A stretch of DNA of 64,000 nucleotides from Felis catus (Eukaryota), in assembly GCF_018350175.1 (NCBI RefSeq), contig NC_058375.1, forward strand, positions 12,090,001 to 12,154,000, read 5' to 3'. Shown piece after piece: positions 11,838-24,235 of this stretch. The notes beneath the pieces were generated by a model. It was not told the origin of the DNA. It saw only the letters and a program-made list of their open reading frames with translations, and searched no databases. The position numbers were made by a program, and so were the translations under genes. The first letter of the stretch is position 1, and the number at the start of each line of letters is the position of its first letter.

Positions 11838-12593
11838 TTTGCCCGTTTTATAGATGGGAAAAGAGAGGCACAGAAGTTAAAGTTGCCCAACGACCAGGTA
11901 AGAAGACGTGGCTGGGTTCAGTCTTAGAGAAACTGGACGAATTCCACAGTATTACTTTTGCAGATGAAGGCACATCGTCCGGACACAATCGGGGCACAGA
12001 AGTAGCACAAAGGACAGGTTACCGTCTCTCCACTCAGATCTGCAGTTTTTCTTAGAACGAGCCTTTGTGACTGTTAAAAATAGAACAGTTGCCTGCACGC
12101 GATCCAGGGAAAGATGAAACAAGCAGTCAATACAACTCTCGGTTGGTACCGTGTTCCCATTTGGCCCCGGTGGAGACGGGGTGCCCTGCAGCCACAAATC
12201 TGACGTGCCCTGAGGCAGATTTGCAGTGACAGCTCCCAGGACACTGCCTCGTACCAGCAGCTGGGGGGGCAGAGCTCGTCTTTCTGAGCCATCATGTTAT
12301 TCGTGGGAAAAACTTATGTTTCTCTGCAGACCTAGATGTTAGAAGCAAAGTCAAAGTATCCATGAATCCAAGGAATGTGACCTCCCCGAGGCTGAATCGG
12401 GTGTCAACGGTATGGAAGGTATGGGGGCTGCCCCGGGGGTTTTTCAGTTCTCACTTCCGGGTTTAGGCTTCAACACCACAGGATGGGTTACCTGTGTGGT
12501 CTCACTGGGGTGGTCGAGCATCTGAGATGCTATACTTTAGGGCGAGGACCCTGTTCTGAATTTCTAATAATACAGTGTTTGTGTTTTTTTTTT

Positions 12594-12606
<13 letters not shown>

Positions 12607-12637
<31 letters not shown>
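12607..12637. repeat. (TG)n microsatellite following a poly-T run
   Basis: Direct inspection. Confidence 0.95.
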
Positions 12638-12641
<4 letters not shown>

Positions 12642-13008
12642 AATTTGGCGACCTTGGCAGGGATGGCAGGGAACGTATCTCGCTCATCTTTACCCCCCAG
12701 CACCTCGCCTCTCGTAATGAGTAATGCTGGAGACAAGACTAGTGCTTTTGAACTGTCCCTTTTCAAAGCCACCAATGCTCATTAAAGGTTCATCCTGGGT
12801 GAGTCAGACATTTTTCTTGGCTGCCTGCCTCACGATGCAAGAGGCCTTTGTTTCCCGGATGATCTCACTGCTGGGAGTTAAAAAGCAGCCTTGGAGTGTT
12901 CCTGAATGTAAGGAGGGCTTGCCCGAATGGGCAGCAGTAGAGAATCACTGTGCACCTGCCCCACCAAACACTTAACCAGTGGTTCCAAAGGCTAAGGTGG
13001 ACAATAAA

Positions 13009-13009
<1 letters not shown>

Positions 13010-13066
<57 letters not shown>
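13010..13066. repeat. (CA)n microsatellite
   Basis: Direct inspection. Confidence 0.95.
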
Positions 13067-13068
<2 letters not shown>

Positions 13069-13134
13069 AGGCAGCTCATTATTAGCACCAAAGAGGCCCT
13101 TATATATTGTGGGGTGAGAATAGAAAGCTGCTAT

Positions 13135-13564
13135 ATTATTGATGATAGCCAAAACGTGGAAGCAACCAAGTATCCGCCGAGGGATGGATGGATCCAGCAA
13201 ACTGTGGCATCTACACACAATGGAGTATTATTCAGCCTTAGAAAGAAAAGTAATTCTCGGGGCGCCTGGCTGGCTCAGTCCGTGGATCTTGGGGTTGTGG
13301 GTTTGAGCCCCATGATGGGTGAAGAAATTACTTAAAAAATAAAATCTTAAAAAAATAAAATCTTTTATGAAGAATGTTTATTTTTGACAGAGAGCATGGG
13401 CGCGCATGTGGGGGAGGGGCAGAGAGGGCCAGAGAGAATCCCAAGCAGGCTCTGTGCTGACAGCACGGACGTGGAGCCTGAACCCACGAACCGGGAGATC
13501 ATGACCTGAGCTGAAGTTGGACACTCAATGACTGAGCCACCTGGGCGACCCATATTGCACTGTA

Positions 13565-13595
<31 letters not shown>

Positions 13596-13802
13596 GTACT
13601 TTTAAAAATTTCTTTTAATCTTTATTTTTGAGAGACAGAGTGCGAGTGGGGGAGGAACAGAGAGAGAGACACAAATCCGAAGCAGGTTCCAGGCTCTGAG
13701 CCGTCAGCACAGAGCCCGACGCAGGGCTCGAACCCACGAACTGTGAGATCATGACCTGAGCCGAAGTCCGACGCTTAACCGACTGAGCCACCCAGGGGCC
13801 CC
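13135..13802. mobile_element. Repeat cluster: old L1 3' fragment (+), short Can-SINE (+, about 13259-13346) and two Can-SINEs (-)
   Basis: L1 ORF2-end motif atagccaaaacgtggaagcaacc...aatggagtattattcagcc; SINE heads and tails. Confidence 0.8.
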
Positions 13803-14525
13803 TGCACTTTATTCTTGAAGGGAAAGCTTCCTGTATGCCCATTTGTCATGGCAGAAAGGTCTGGGAGGAAGTGCCTCAGCTGTCAGTGGGGGAGGCGGTG
13901 TGGGACTCGGGGTGTTTGCGGGGCTTTCCGTTTCCGGCCTGCCGCACTTTTGGCACCGTCTGTCTTTCCGGTGAGCGTGGCTGCCTTCGTGGTAGAGCGT
14001 TACAGCCAAGGTGGCAGTGTTGGGAATTCGTGCTTGCCTGGAGAGGTCTCCTGAGGTCAGCCGTGGAACTCAAGGTCACAGCTGATCCCGGTCATTGCTC
14101 TGTGCTGGAGGCGTCTGACTGACTTAGCAAGACGCGGCTCGAAGTCATTCTGATACTGAAAGCTGCAGGACCCGGGAGGCTGTAGGACAAGAGCTCCCAT
14201 CAGTGAACGGGCACCTTCCCTCCTGCAGGCAGCAGGGGTGAGGTGGGCAGGGTCACAACCCCCCCGCCCCCCACATGGGCAGACCAAGAGGCCAGGAGGA
14301 GGAGGAGGAGGAAGCTGCCCGATGGCGTCCCACGGGGGAAGGGCAAAGGGAACAAGTCCCAGGCCCAGCAGGCCTGTCCACGGGGACCCTGCCCTGCCCC
14401 CAGGGGCTCAGTTCCAGGGTCGGGCCCTCTTCCAGGATAAGGGCCCTTCCTTCTGGCACCCGTGCATCCCTCTTCAGCAAGTAAAAGGAACAGGCGTGCT
14501 TTTTTGTTAATAAAGTAGAATAACA

Positions 14526-14551
14526 TTTATTTATTTCTTAGAATCTTTATT
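14526..14551 (-). terminator. SDHB: SDHB polyadenylation signals (three AATAAA)
   Basis: tttatt on + at 14526-14531, 14530-14535 and 14546-14551, about 95-120 nt after the stop codon. Confidence 0.85.
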
Positions 14552-14643
14552 ACACATGCTGTATTCATGGAAAATCAAGACCTCAAATTGGATATAAAGT
14601 ATGTCCAGCTGGGCCGGTTAAGTCGCAGTTAGCGCGGGAACAG

Positions 14644-14799
<156 letters not shown>

Positions 14800-15450
14800 T
14801 CAAGCGGGGCTGGGGTCAAAGCAAGGCGATGCGAATCTCATCCTTTCAAAGCCAGGGGCTGGGGCTCAGGGCTCTCCGGTGTCCACCTGGAGACACCTCA
14901 CAGCGGCCGGATGGCTCCGGTGACCCCTCCCGCCCCCCTGCGCAGACCCACGGGGGCCGTGTGCTCGAGACGCACGCACGTCCAGGAGACGGCAGCTCTT
15001 CCACGGCCACGGCCGGCGTCCCAACCAGCCGGCAGCCCTCAGTCTCTTACACATTCCCGTGGACACACAAGAGCCCTCACGGGTGCCGGGAAGGAAGGGC
15101 CCTCCCTGGGGACCCTTCCCAAGCTCCCGTGGCAGCCTGACTGGCCAGTAACCCTGATCCCGCAGGAGGCACCATGACGAGCCCAGTGAGCGCCGGCCGC
15201 CTCAGCAGGGACACAAGGACGCAGCCGAGGTGAGAAGAGAGCCCCGTCTTTCTAGAAGCACAACTCTACCCTTGAAATGACAGTGTGGGTCGCACGGGCC
15301 CTGAGCAGGAAGTGGAAGTTTGCCACCTCTAACACCCACGGCCTGGGCGGGGGGAGTGGCGCTGCCCTCTCAGGGGCCTGAATCTGTACGCACACGCAGC
15401 TCCAACAAGCGTGCAGAGGAAACTGAGGGAGTGAAGAAGGAGGTGGCACT

Positions 15451-15669
15451 TTTTAAAAAGTTTACTTATGTATTTTGAGGGGGGAGAGAAGCAGAGAGAA
15501 AGGGAGAGAGGGAGGAAGGGGGAAGGAGAGGGAGGGTGAGGGACAGAGAGAGGGGGAGAGAGGAGTAGAGGGGGAGAGAGAATCCCAAGCAGACTCTGTG
15601 ACACGGGGCTCGAACTCACGAGCCATGAGATTGTGACCTGAGTCTGGTGGACGCTTAACCCAGGCTCCC
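15451..15669 (-). mobile_element. Can-SINE with an expanded purine tract and internal deletions, inside the SRRT retrocopy
   Basis: gggctcgaactcacg..gtgacctgag..cgcttaacccaggctccc body; flanked by AGGAGGTG(G/T)CACTTTT. Confidence 0.85.
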
Positions 15670-15686
15670 AGGAGGTGTCACTTTTT

Positions 15687-16366
15687 TTTTTTAATTTATT
15701 TTATTTTTTTAATTTTATTTTTTACTTTTTAAAATTTACATCCAAATTAGTTAGCATATAGTGCAACAATGATTTCAGGAGTAGCTTCCTTAGTGCCCCT
15801 TCCCCATTTAGCCCATCCCCCCTCCTACAAGCCCTCCAGTAACCCTGTTTGTTCTCCATATTTAAGAGTCTCTTATGTTTTGTCCCCCTTCCTGTTTTTA
15901 TATTATTTTTATTTCCCTTTCCTTATGTTCCTCTGTTTTGTCTCTTAAAGTCCTCATGTGAGTGAAGTCATATGATTTTTGTCTTTCTCTGACTAATTTC
16001 ACTTAACGTAATAGCCTCCAGTTCCATCCACGTGGTTGCAAATGGCAAGATTTCCTTCTTTTTGATTGCCGAGTAATACTCCATTGCATATATATACACC
16101 ACATTTTCTTTATCCATTCCTTCATCGATGGACATTTGGGGTCCTTCCATCCTTTGGCTATTGTTGATAGTGCTGCTATAAACATGGGGGTGCACGTGTC
16201 CCTTCGAAACAGCACACCTGTATCCCGTGGGTCAATGCCTAGTAGTGCCATTGCTGGGTCGTAGGGCGGTTCTATTTTCAGTTTTTTGAGGAACCTCCAT
16301 GCTGTTTTCCAGAGTGGCCGCACCAGCTCGCATTCCCACCAAGAATGCAAAAGAGATCCTCTTTCT
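15687..16366 (-). mobile_element. 5'-truncated carnivore L1 (ORF2 C-terminus, 3' UTR and polyA), frameshifted
   Basis: ORFs 16003..16410(-) WWECELVRPLWK..TCTPMFIAALSTIAK and 15968..16195(-) MEYYSAIKKKEILPFATTWMELE are L1 ORF2 C-terminal motifs; TSD present. Confidence 0.93.
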
Positions 16367-18206
16367 AGGAGGTGGCACCTTTTAGCAACTTTCTCACTGA
16401 TGCCAAGCACCCAGCTCTGCCTGAGATCAAGCCCGTCCGGCCAGCTGGCCCTGCCCGCCCAGATGCTCCGCCCTGGCCTGACCCCGGCACTCCCCTCTCC
16501 ATACTGGACTCCGCGGGGCCTGATGCCCCCGATCTTGGGCTATGGAGCCGGTGCTGTCCGCCCTGCAGTCCCCACTCTGGTGGGGCCGAGTAACTATGAC
16601 GCCTCCCGAGGCCAAGGAGGCTGTCCTGGGAAGCCCTGGAACAGGATGGTCGGAGGAGACCCACGGGCTGCTGTGGAGTGCTGTGATCCGGACGCTCCAG
16701 ATGGTGGGATTTCTTTTAAGCCATCTCCCTCTGCTCACTCATGGTGTCATCTATCCTCTGACTGCCCGGTCCCATCCGCTGAGAACCTTTTGTATGTTCG
16801 ACCCTACTGCCAATAAAGCACTTCCATAGTGTGGGGGGTGGCGGTGGGGGAGGGGGGGAAACGTGTGGAAAGAAAGAAAAGAGAAAAAGAGAAAGAAAAA
16901 AAGAGATCTTCAGAAGGAAAGAAAAGGAGAGAGAACACTCTTCCAAGGCTGCTATGGAATGATCTCGAAAATAAATTAAGGGGTAAAGGCAGTGACTGGG
17001 ACTGAACAGGCCCTGTATGCATTTGGTACAGCGTGCAATCTCTGCAAAGGCACACGAGAGGCGGGGGACACAGGCTGCGTTGGGGAGGTGGAGGGGGTGA
17101 TGGGGTGAGGGATGAGCGTCCACGGCGCCCCTGCCCGCCTCCGCTTACCACAGGACTAGTGGGTCAGCACACACGAGCCCACCTGATCTGGGGCAGCAGG
17201 AAGAGACTAGTCTGGGAGGCAGGGGGCCTGCTTTTCTGGCCTGCCCCGACAGTGACGTTGGCAAGTCACTGCCCTCCCTACTCCTGCCCGGGCTCGGCCT
17301 CCCCGTCTGTAAAAGGGTCCCTTCCAGTTCAAACAATCTGGGCCTGTGTGTCCTCCCATGGGTCCCAGACAGCCTCCGTTCTTGTCTGCTCCCAGGTGTC
17401 ATGCAAAGACGCCCGCCAGGGAATGCACCCAGAAGCCAAGTGCCCCCCGGAGCTGCCGTCTCTGAGTCTGGAACAGGCCGGGCACCCGTCTGCGGGCCCA
17501 TTTCCTGAGCGCTCCTGTGCCAGGAGCTGTTCTGAGCACGTCAGTGGTCTAACTTGCCCCACAAATTAGAGGTCCCGGGGGCAGAGCCTCACCCCCGCCT
17601 GGGGGCCCCTACCAGGCCCCACTGCTGATGGACCACGAGAAGCGCCGTGGCAGAGACGGGCACCTGGAAACACGGGTGTCAGGCAAAAAAAGAAGGAAAT
17701 TACCCACCTGGATGTCCTGTTTAAGCTTGGCTGCCTCCCCCCACCCTTTCTTTAAAGCTGCTGGCTGGTTATCCCGGTTTCCATCTTGCTGCCTGCTCAC
17801 CCACTCACCCCACTGTCTACAGTCTCTGCTCGAGGGGCAGCCACGCTTTGAGCCGCATGGCCCGGGCTAGGCTCCCTGCCCACCGCCTGGACCGAAGGGC
17901 AGCCAGCCCACAGCGGGCCATGCGCCTCAGAGGTGGCACGGAAACGCAGAGAAGACAGGCGGATGGCCAAAGCTGAAATCAGGGCGAGTCCAGGAAGCAG
18001 GAGGACGAGCAGGAAGGGGAGGGAAAGCTAGGTGAGCTTGAGCTGAGACCGAGAAAAGCCCCCGAGAACGGACGGGCTGGCTGCGAGAGCATAGCAGACT
18101 GTCTGGGCGACGCTGCGAGACGGAGGCACAGGGACACAGAGGGAATCGCACACGCCGCTTCGGACACATCGGCCCGGAGGCAGGGCGGAGGGCCGCCGGC
18201 GCCTCA

Positions 18207-18368
<162 letters not shown>

Positions 18369-19565
18369 TTAAGCCGTCACAGCTCAAAGCCCCAGGCAGG
18401 GGTGCAGAGGGGAGGGAGTCTCCCAGTTTAGGGGCCTCGTCTCTGCTCCTTAAGTCCTGCCATCTTTCAAGGCAAGGCCCCCCCCCCACTCCTCGGTAAC
18501 CCCCTTGATTAACAACCCCCCAACTTCTGAGCCACACTGCACCTGGTACCCTGGTGCTTAATTACATGCGAGCAGGCACCGCCCCCTCATCACTTCAAGA
18601 CGCTCATTGGCTTCCTGGATGCCCAGCTTCTGAGTCAGGGAACCGCCTTCACAGCACCTACCCACCGTCTCCCGTAGACTGATGACTTAAGATCTCTGTC
18701 CAGAGAGGATATTTAATATTTGTTCCCCCGACAGACTCCCGTGATTGGTCAGCCCATCTGGGAGCCTGGCACGGGCCGGCTGAAGGCGGTCAACCGCCCG
18801 AGCACGGGCTGCTGGCGCAGGGAGGCGGAGGGGGCTCCGTTCCCCAGCACCTCACAGCGATGGTGTGGGTGCCAACGGTGAACGAACGGGCCTCGTGGTT
18901 CGATCTTTTATGTGGATGGGAATCAATGCTGCTAAGTGGTCACACCGCACGGAGCTTCCCTTTTCGTGGGAAGATGAGAACTGAGAACTGGTGTTTTTGA
19001 GCTGCTCGAGAATCTGAGAAAAGCACTGGCCAGAAACTTAAAAAGCACACTTTATGGGAAGGAACAAAGGCAGTTTCCCTGCAGTGAGTACACACGCAGC
19101 GATGTGCCCAGCAAGGCCGTGCTGCCTCCTCTCCAAACAACCCCTAAACCCAGGACTCCAGGTTTTCATCAGCCTGGAAACAAGTTCCAAACTTACAGCT
19201 GGGAGGCTGCCCCTCAGTCAAATTTCTCTCTCCGGCCTGCACGTCCAAACTCCCCGGGGAGGGAGATGGGGGGCTGCCTGACAGATGTGGTCTGGGGAAA
19301 GCGGGCACGTGGGGAAGCGAGAGACAGCTGCACAGGGAATGCGTTTTAACATCTGCAGACGTGCGTTGCCTCGGGGTGACCCTCACCACACAGAAATGAG
19401 GTATCTTGCTGAAGACGTACTGAAACCACGCGAAGTCCAGGCACCCCATTGCCCTGCCTGTGACGGACGCCCGTTGGCATCCTGGTTGCCAACAAGCCAC
19501 CGTCCTTTTGGACTTCTGGATGCCTCAGTTTTAACTTCTCTTGAAGCAACGAAGGAGCACCTTAC

Positions 19566-19667
19566 CTGCATAAGGACTGCAGGTCCCAGGTATTTGTCTC
19601 CGTTCCACCAGTAGCTGGGGCAGCTGGTGCTGCAGCAGGCACAGAGAATACACTCATACAGCCCGTC
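19566..19667 (-). CDS. SDHB: SDHB exon 6 (102 bp; [34 protein letters not shown])
   Basis: gcacag acceptor and gtaagg donor; CxxCxxCxxxCP 4Fe-4S motif. Confidence 0.97.
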
Positions 19668-19987
19668 CTGTGCAGAGGGAAAGGGCGGTCAGGGGCCCAA
19701 GGCCGAAGAGACTCGGGTTTCTAGCCGACCGAATGTGATGTCGGCGGTCGGCACGTGAACAAAGCGACTATTTGCGTGTGAGTTTTCTTGGCAAAACCCT
19801 AGGGGTGGCTTGTACGGATGTATCAGATTTGTAAAAAGAGATCTTGGAGCCAAAATGTAAACATTTGCTGGATTAGAACCCAGAGTTCTGAAGGCCAAGT
19901 ACAATGATACTTATCCTTTAATACACCACCTCTGTTACCTAAAAACAAACAAACCCCCCAAAAAAGCAAAACAAAGAAAAGCAACCA

Positions 19988-20212
19988 GGGAAACCTGGGT
20001 GGCTCAGTTGGTTAAATGTCCGACTTCGGCTCAGGTCATGATCTCAAGGTTCATGAGTTCGAGCCCCGCGTCGGGTTCTGTGCCGACCAGCTCTGAGCCT
20101 GCTTGGGATTCTGTCTCCCTCCCTCCCTCCCTCCCTCCCTCCATGTCCCTCCCCAGCTCGTGCTTTCTCTCTCAAAAATAAATAAATAAACATTAAAAAA
20201 ACCAAAACAAAA
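19988..20212 (+). mobile_element. Can-SINE
   Basis: cctgggtggctcagttggttaa head and A-rich tail. Confidence 0.88.
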
Positions 20213-20780
20213 ACACTTCACAGCGTGGATACTGGAACTCAGAGTGACAGGGCTGTCCCCCACCCTGCCCAGCAATCCCTGGACTCTCGGTGTCAGCAAA
20301 GAACAGCAAGGTTCTAGTCCCAGTTTTGCCATGAACTCCTTTGCTCCTGTCTGCAAAACAGGTGGTGGAAGCAGGACCACCAACGGCCAGGACGTGTCTG
20401 ATTTGCCCCCGAGTGTCAAAGAGCCTCTGATGGGGGTGTCAGCTTGGAAAAACCTGGTAATCTGCACACAGGTTTCTTTTGAAAAAGACAAACATCCTGC
20501 AACATGGTAATGTCGTGCCCTTCTAGGCAGTGTGGGCCTGCTCCAGACCCCTGGTCCACTGTGGGCCCTTGTGGGTTCACACTGCCCACGTGGTCCCGAG
20601 AGGATGGCAGTCCAGCCCTTGGACAGATGCTCTTGCAGTTTCCTTCCAGAACACACTAAATAAAGGGTCTGCATGATCCCATGCTGCCACTCCCCACCCC
20701 ATCCCCCCAAGCCACACTTCCTGGCAAGCATCTTGGCAACAAGATTCCTCAAAGCAAGACAATAAATGGGGACTAATGAC

Positions 20781-20897
20781 CAGTTTCTCACGATCTTCTA
20801 TGGACTGCAGGTACTGCTGCTTGCCTTCCTGGGATTCATCCTTCTTCTTCAAATAAGGCTCAATGGATTTGTACTGAGCATAGAAGTTGCTCAAGTC
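20781..20897 (-). CDS. SDHB: SDHB exon 5 (117 bp; [39 protein letters not shown])
   Basis: cctcag acceptor and gtcatt donor; seen in ORF 20577..20894(-). Confidence 0.96.
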
Positions 20898-21215
20898 CTG
20901 AGGTTAAGAGGCAGAAGGAAAAAAGGGTCAGATTTCACCACCACTCCTTAGCTTTCTTATTCACCCCATTTCGTGGACAATCCCTACTTCCCCCCGATCC
21001 TACAGAAGTCTGACTCACTTTGGTGTGGATCTGTGCAAAGACTACAGAAGGAGAAATGGTCAGCATTAATCGTGGCTCGGAAATCTCTCCTTCACCCACT
21101 CAGGAAGCCTTCCAATCCCATAGCCCCTCCAGTGAAGGTGGTCAAACACGGGGAGGCAGAAATTAAAGTCCAACGCGTAACCAGTGTTGCCTTCCCCACT
21201 GGGATTTTCCACATG

Positions 21216-21264
21216 AATTCTTTGTAGTTATGGCCGAATTCTTTGTAGTTATGGCCAAATTCTT
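21216..21264. repeat. 21-bp tandem duplication (AATTCTTTGTAGTTATGGCCR x2.3)
   Basis: Direct inspection. Confidence 0.9.
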
Positions 21265-21407
21265 GATTCTGGGACTGTTCCAACTCTACAATCTTGTGCC
21301 CAGTTATTCCCAAACAATCCTCACCAAATGAGCTGCTGGAGAATCTTCTAGGTGGGTTTATCTTCCACCATTCAAATTCCTTAACTCAGGGAAAAAGCCT
21401 GCCCTCA

Positions 21408-22085
<678 letters not shown>

Positions 22086-22622
22086 AGCAAAATATCATCT
22101 TCCGGTTTAGGCCTGGGTGTGGATCACCCACGTAGAACTCTTACTCTGTTTTCACCAAAACTAGCAGCATAGCGGCTCTGGGGATATGAAACCCACGTAA
22201 ACTGGCTGAGCACTGACCTTCCAAGGAGAAGAATGAACTAACTGAAACCAAAGCACAGCAAAAATAAGGTGCTGACGCAGGACCCTGAAAATGAGACTTC
22301 TCTTTGCCTGGACTCACGTCCCGTGTATGGAAATTTCCTAGGTATTTCAGAGTTTAAAGACGACTATGCAATATGAATCCACTTCTCTGAAGCTGTCTTT
22401 TGAAGATCAGGCCAGAGAAATGTGATTACTTGTGAGACGTGCACTGGGTTATCACTTTAGTGAGACCACTCCCTTCTGTGAATCTTAATAAGCGTGTCTT
22501 AAGCAAATACTCCTATAGTTCCCCAGGGGACTGAATGTCGTCAATATATTTATGTAAGCCTGGCATCCCAGCAGAGAAATATGCTTTTGTAAGCGATGGC
22601 ATACAATTTAAAAAATAAATCT

Positions 22623-22770
22623 GGGGTGCCTGGGTGGCTCAGACGGTTAGGTATCCAACTTTCGGCTCAGGTCATGATCTCACAGCTTGTGAGTTCAAGC
22701 CCTGCGTTGGGTTCTGCGCTGACAGCTCAGAGCCTGGAGCCACTTATGCTCTCTCTCAAAAATAAACAAA
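22623..22770 (+). mobile_element. Can-SINE (internally deleted)
   Basis: ggggtgcctgggtggctcag head. Confidence 0.85.
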
Positions 22771-24149
22771 TTTTCTTCTTCTCTGAAAAAGGCTCCCCTA
22801 GAAATTCTCTTACCAACAAGGGAAGAGAAAGGAGTGGTAATTAATATCATTCTGCTTTGTAGTTTTTAGTCCAGATGGGCCACAGCTTATATTCTTGGCT
22901 CTGAAAAAGTCTTACGGGGAAAGGTTACTGAAAAGCATCTATATTTCCTGTGTTGCCAGGACTTACATGGGGAAGGTTGGTGTTTAATTACAGCAGAATG
23001 TTCCCTGAACAGCAGGACTCAGCCAAACTATGGTAATATCTGTCAGCATTTGGTACACTAAATCCCATCCTGTAAGATTAGATGAATCAAAGCAGATGTC
23101 TTAGAAGCAGGACTGAATGACCTGAAATGTACAGCAGAACGAAGATTAAAAAGTGATGGGCCAACATCTATAGTGACTTTTCCTTTTAGGAAAGGTTATT
23201 TTAGGAAGAAGATTCAATCACTTGTTTTGGCCCACACCACCCTCTGTTTCGTTTTGTCAGGTTTTCCAAGCCTGGCCAGCAGAGTGTACCGCCTGAGTGC
23301 AGTTCTGGAATCTGACAAATCTGGCGGACTCCTGGCTCCCCAACTATCTGTGTGTTTTTCTTGAAGTCCCTTAACCTCCCCGGACCTCAGTGTAAACACT
23401 AATAGGGCTGGTCTATTCCGCGTAAAGTGAACAGAACAGAGCCGGGCACACAGACCGTGCTCCACGGCCATCGGGACCAGTCAGCCCTCGTAGCATCCCT
23501 CTGTGACTTTTGTGATTGTTACTCAAAATGTACCACTAGAAGATTATTTAGGGGTTTTCTTAAAATCAACTCATGTTTACTTAGATTTATATTAAAAAAC
23601 TTTACCACTGTTATGCTGTCATCAGTAATTATATTTTTCTAACGTATCATATAAACACACGGCTATTAAAGTAAAACACGCGGGTCTGAATACTGCTAGA
23701 AATCAGCTCCTGCGACACCGGCTGCACACTGTGGGAAACTCTGTTCCCACCCAGAATGTTCCTACTGAGCAGCTGCTCTGAGCGCGCGTAATGCTGGGAG
23801 CTGGGGGTGGGGGCACACCCGTACCCCCCTGCCCCCCGGCCAAGCAGCTTGGCAGGGGTGCGGAAGTGGCCGGCTAGCAGACCCAAGCTGGTCCCTGAGG
23901 GTGTGACAGCTCACGGGGACCACCGGATGCAGTGACCACGTGACATAAAGCTCCTGACGGGAAGAAAATTCAGAAACCAGAGCTTGTACTACAGTTCGAA
24001 TTTTTGACACATTTACCCAAGAAAAGGAAGTGCGACGCACAGCAAGGTCACCCGGCAGATGGCCAGCTGTTCGGGTAGCCGTCTCAGTCGTGGCCGGCCC
24101 GGGCACCAAGCATAAGGGTCTAAAGCCTAATAAGGAAGGAGATGCTTAC

Positions 24150-24235
24150 CTTCTCTGCATGATCGTCGGAAAGTCAAAGTCGAATCGATTTCATTCTTAA
24201 TCTTGATTAAAGCATCCAACACCATAGGACCACAT
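24150..24235 (-). CDS. SDHB: SDHB exon 3 (86 bp; [28 protein letters not shown])
   Basis: ggtcag acceptor and gtaagc donor. Confidence 0.97.

Larger units (their letters stand above)
15287..16829 (+). pseudogene. SRRT: 5'-truncated processed pseudogene of SRRT (ARS2), covering the C-terminal coding region and 3' UTR, antisense in SDHB intron 7 and interrupted by a SINE and an L1
   Basis: Translations GRTGPEQEV../FATSNT../CPL../VKKEVA | [18 protein letters not shown] | PGLTPALP..GLMPPILGYGAGAVRPAVPT..NYDASRGQGGCPGKPWNRMVGGDPRAAVE..DAPD..DFF* match the recalled ARS2 C-terminus; no introns; frameshifts; AATAAA at 16812-16817. Confidence 0.88.

Noticed and set aside
10901-12055. Recurrent ORFs such as ..QRETEHERGRGRERGRHRIGNR.. 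and MAQSVKRPTSAQVMIS.. found throughout the window
   Set aside because: They are translations of Can-SINE sequence, not genes.
16542-16829. 95-aa ATG-initiated ORF as a novel small antisense gene
   Set aside because: It is an alternative frame of the SRRT retrocopy, so no independent gene is needed to explain it.
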